From NCBI GenBank assembly GCA_964414825.1, contig CAYPZM010000005.1:1-37348 (forward strand): a stretch of 37,348 bases of DNA, written 5' to 3'. Positions 35,980 through 37,348 of this stretch are shown here, piece by piece (position 1 is the first letter of the stretch; the number at the start of each line of letters is the position of its first letter). The notes under the pieces are model-generated. The model searched no databases. It was not told where the DNA came from and was given only the letters and a program-made list of their open reading frames with translations. The position numbers were made by a program, and so were the translations under genes. Source of the DNA: an uncultured Cytophagia bacterium. GTDB taxonomy: Bacteria; Zhuqueibacterota; Zhuqueibacteria; Residuimicrobiales; Krinioviventaceae.

Positions 35980-37266
35980 TTAAAATCTTTCATGTGAACC
36001 GGGCATATCGCCGTGGCTGTTTACAGCGATCAAGGTCAATACAATCAACACAAAAACAATAAAGCCGACAATTTTGAGCCAACGTGCCCAGGTTTCTTGC
36101 GGTCCTGGCAAAAATGTCAGTTCGTTTGTTTTATTTCGATTTAGAAACCACATGGCAAAGAATATAAACAATACAATCCAATACAAAACTTGATTAAGCT
36201 GAAACGGCAGTCCGGCATAAAAGACCAGCTTAATAATGTGGCTAAATGCAAGATAAAACATGACATATAAAAACAGCATGGCTGCCGCAAACCGATTTTG
36301 GGATGTCTTGGAATTAGAATAGGCGCGAAACAGCAGAAATCCAAGCGTGGCAAAAATAATCGTGGCGATATAGGCAAAGAGAATTTGCAGTTTTGCAAAG
36401 GCAACGCCGTTTGTAATATCCAGACGTTCCGCCATGGGAAGGAATTTTTCGACATCAAAAGCTTGAATGATATTGACGAGGGGAAGAGCAACGAGCAAAA
36501 AGATCAAAGCCAGGTGGTTTGCAAGTTTGGAGGACTCGAGACTGGTCGGCCATTCCCGTGAAAACACACCGTAAGCCATGCCAAGCCCCCCAAAAAAGCC
36601 CAGGCTGAATTCCATAACGTTCCACCAGTTAAAGGTCAATCCGGAAACGTTGCCCATCACCTGCAAAAAATTGCCAAATGCGAATCCAAATCCGGCACCT
36701 AAAGCGGCATACCCGGCAACTCGCAACGCACGGAAATATCCGTTCCGATAAAGATACCAGGCCAGGGCCACGGCAGCGCCCAAACACGCTGCCCAGAGCT
36801 CGGATCGCGGCGGCGTCATAAACCACTCAAATTGGGCGATCAGCACATACCAAAAAATCAAACCGCCAGCGATCATTTCCGTGAACAGTTGTGACCATTT
36901 CGGTTTGCGGTCTGGGGGAGTTTCGAGTCCCAAACCAAACAGGCCACCGCCAATATAGCCATACAGCGCGCCAACCACGCCCAGCATGGCCAGGCCATAC
37001 AGGACATTGCCAAAATCGGTTCCGCGACCGTAACCGACAATGCGGCCATAGCTCATCATACCGCCAACTCCCCAGCCGACCGCGGCAAGCGCAGCCAGTG
37101 TTGGCAGGCGGCGAATCCAGTCCTCGCGTTTGGCGGCGACGATCACCGCCATTCCGGCCAGTGCGCCGGCCCACGCCGCACCATGTTCATGTCCAAAATG
37201 GCCGCGGATCGCCCATCCGAGTCCGAGCACCAGTGCAATAAACAGCAAAGCAGTTCGTTGTGTCAT
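35980..37266 (-). CDS. Polytopic membrane protein of unknown function
   Basis: About 12 hydrophobic Gly-rich segments, N-terminal GWAIRGHFGHEHGAAWAG, AGGAG RBS. Confidence 0.8.
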   Translation of the reverse strand: MTQRTALLFIALVLGLGWAIRGHFGHEHGAAWAGALAGMAVIVAAKREDWIRRLPTLAALAAVGWGVGGMMSYGRIVGYGRGTDFGNVLYGLAMLGVVGALYGYIGGGLFGLGLETPPDRKPKWSQLFTEMIAGGLIFWYVLIAQFEWFMTPPRSELWAACLGAAVALAWYLYRNGYFRALRVAGYAALGAGFGFAFGNFLQVMGNVSGLTFNWWNVMEFSLGFFGGLGMAYGVFSREWPTSLESSKLANHLALIFLLVALPLVNIIQAFDVEKFLPMAERLDITNGVAFAKLQILFAYIATIIFATLGFLLFRAYSNSKTSQNRFAAAMLFLYVMFYLAFSHIIKLVFYAGLPFQLNQVLYWIVLFIFFAMWFLNRNKTNELTFLPGPQETWARWLKIVGFIVFVLIVLTLIAVNSHGDMPGSHERF

Positions 37267-37348
37267 GGTGTGGCTCCTATTTTATCAACACAGCAATTTT
37301 CTAATCGACAAAATGCCAGATAAAACCATAGCGCAACCACAATTGCGG

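Overview
Bacterial chromosomal window of about 50% GC. Three secreted proteins end in NYPNPFNP/FlgD-type C-terminal domains and there are two TonB-dependent receptors, which suggests a diderm of the FCB group such as KSB1 or Calditrichota (inference). From left to right: (1) a 5'-truncated Fpg/Nei glycosylase and an uncalled 53-aa CxxC/CxxC mini-protein; (2) a trehalose operon (fused TPS/TPP, TreT-like GT4, eukaryote-type UGPase, DHFR); (3) a minus-strand metal-uptake locus: atypical DtxR/MntR regulator with a Cys-rich tail, a His-rich two-TM ORF ending in the ribosome-arrest motif RAPP, a porin, an FMN-binding protein, a TonB receptor and a TM1266-family protein, all divergent from bacterioferritin; (4) an orange-protein (Orp)-like system split into two blocks, 13.1-18.1 kb and 28.8-33.8 kb. 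Both blocks share a palindromic operator, and the second has an OrpR-like Fe-S PAS sigma54 activator plus a UAS/IHF/-24/-12 promoter; (5) between those blocks, secreted carbohydrate-active-like proteins; (6) a four-layer nested MITE/REP element at 31.2-31.5 kb; (7) a second TonB receptor and a polytopic membrane protein. The best candidate for an undescribed system is the His-rich RAPP leader, a putative metal-sensing stalling peptide controlling outer-membrane uptake genes. All family calls come from motif recognition; no database searches were run.
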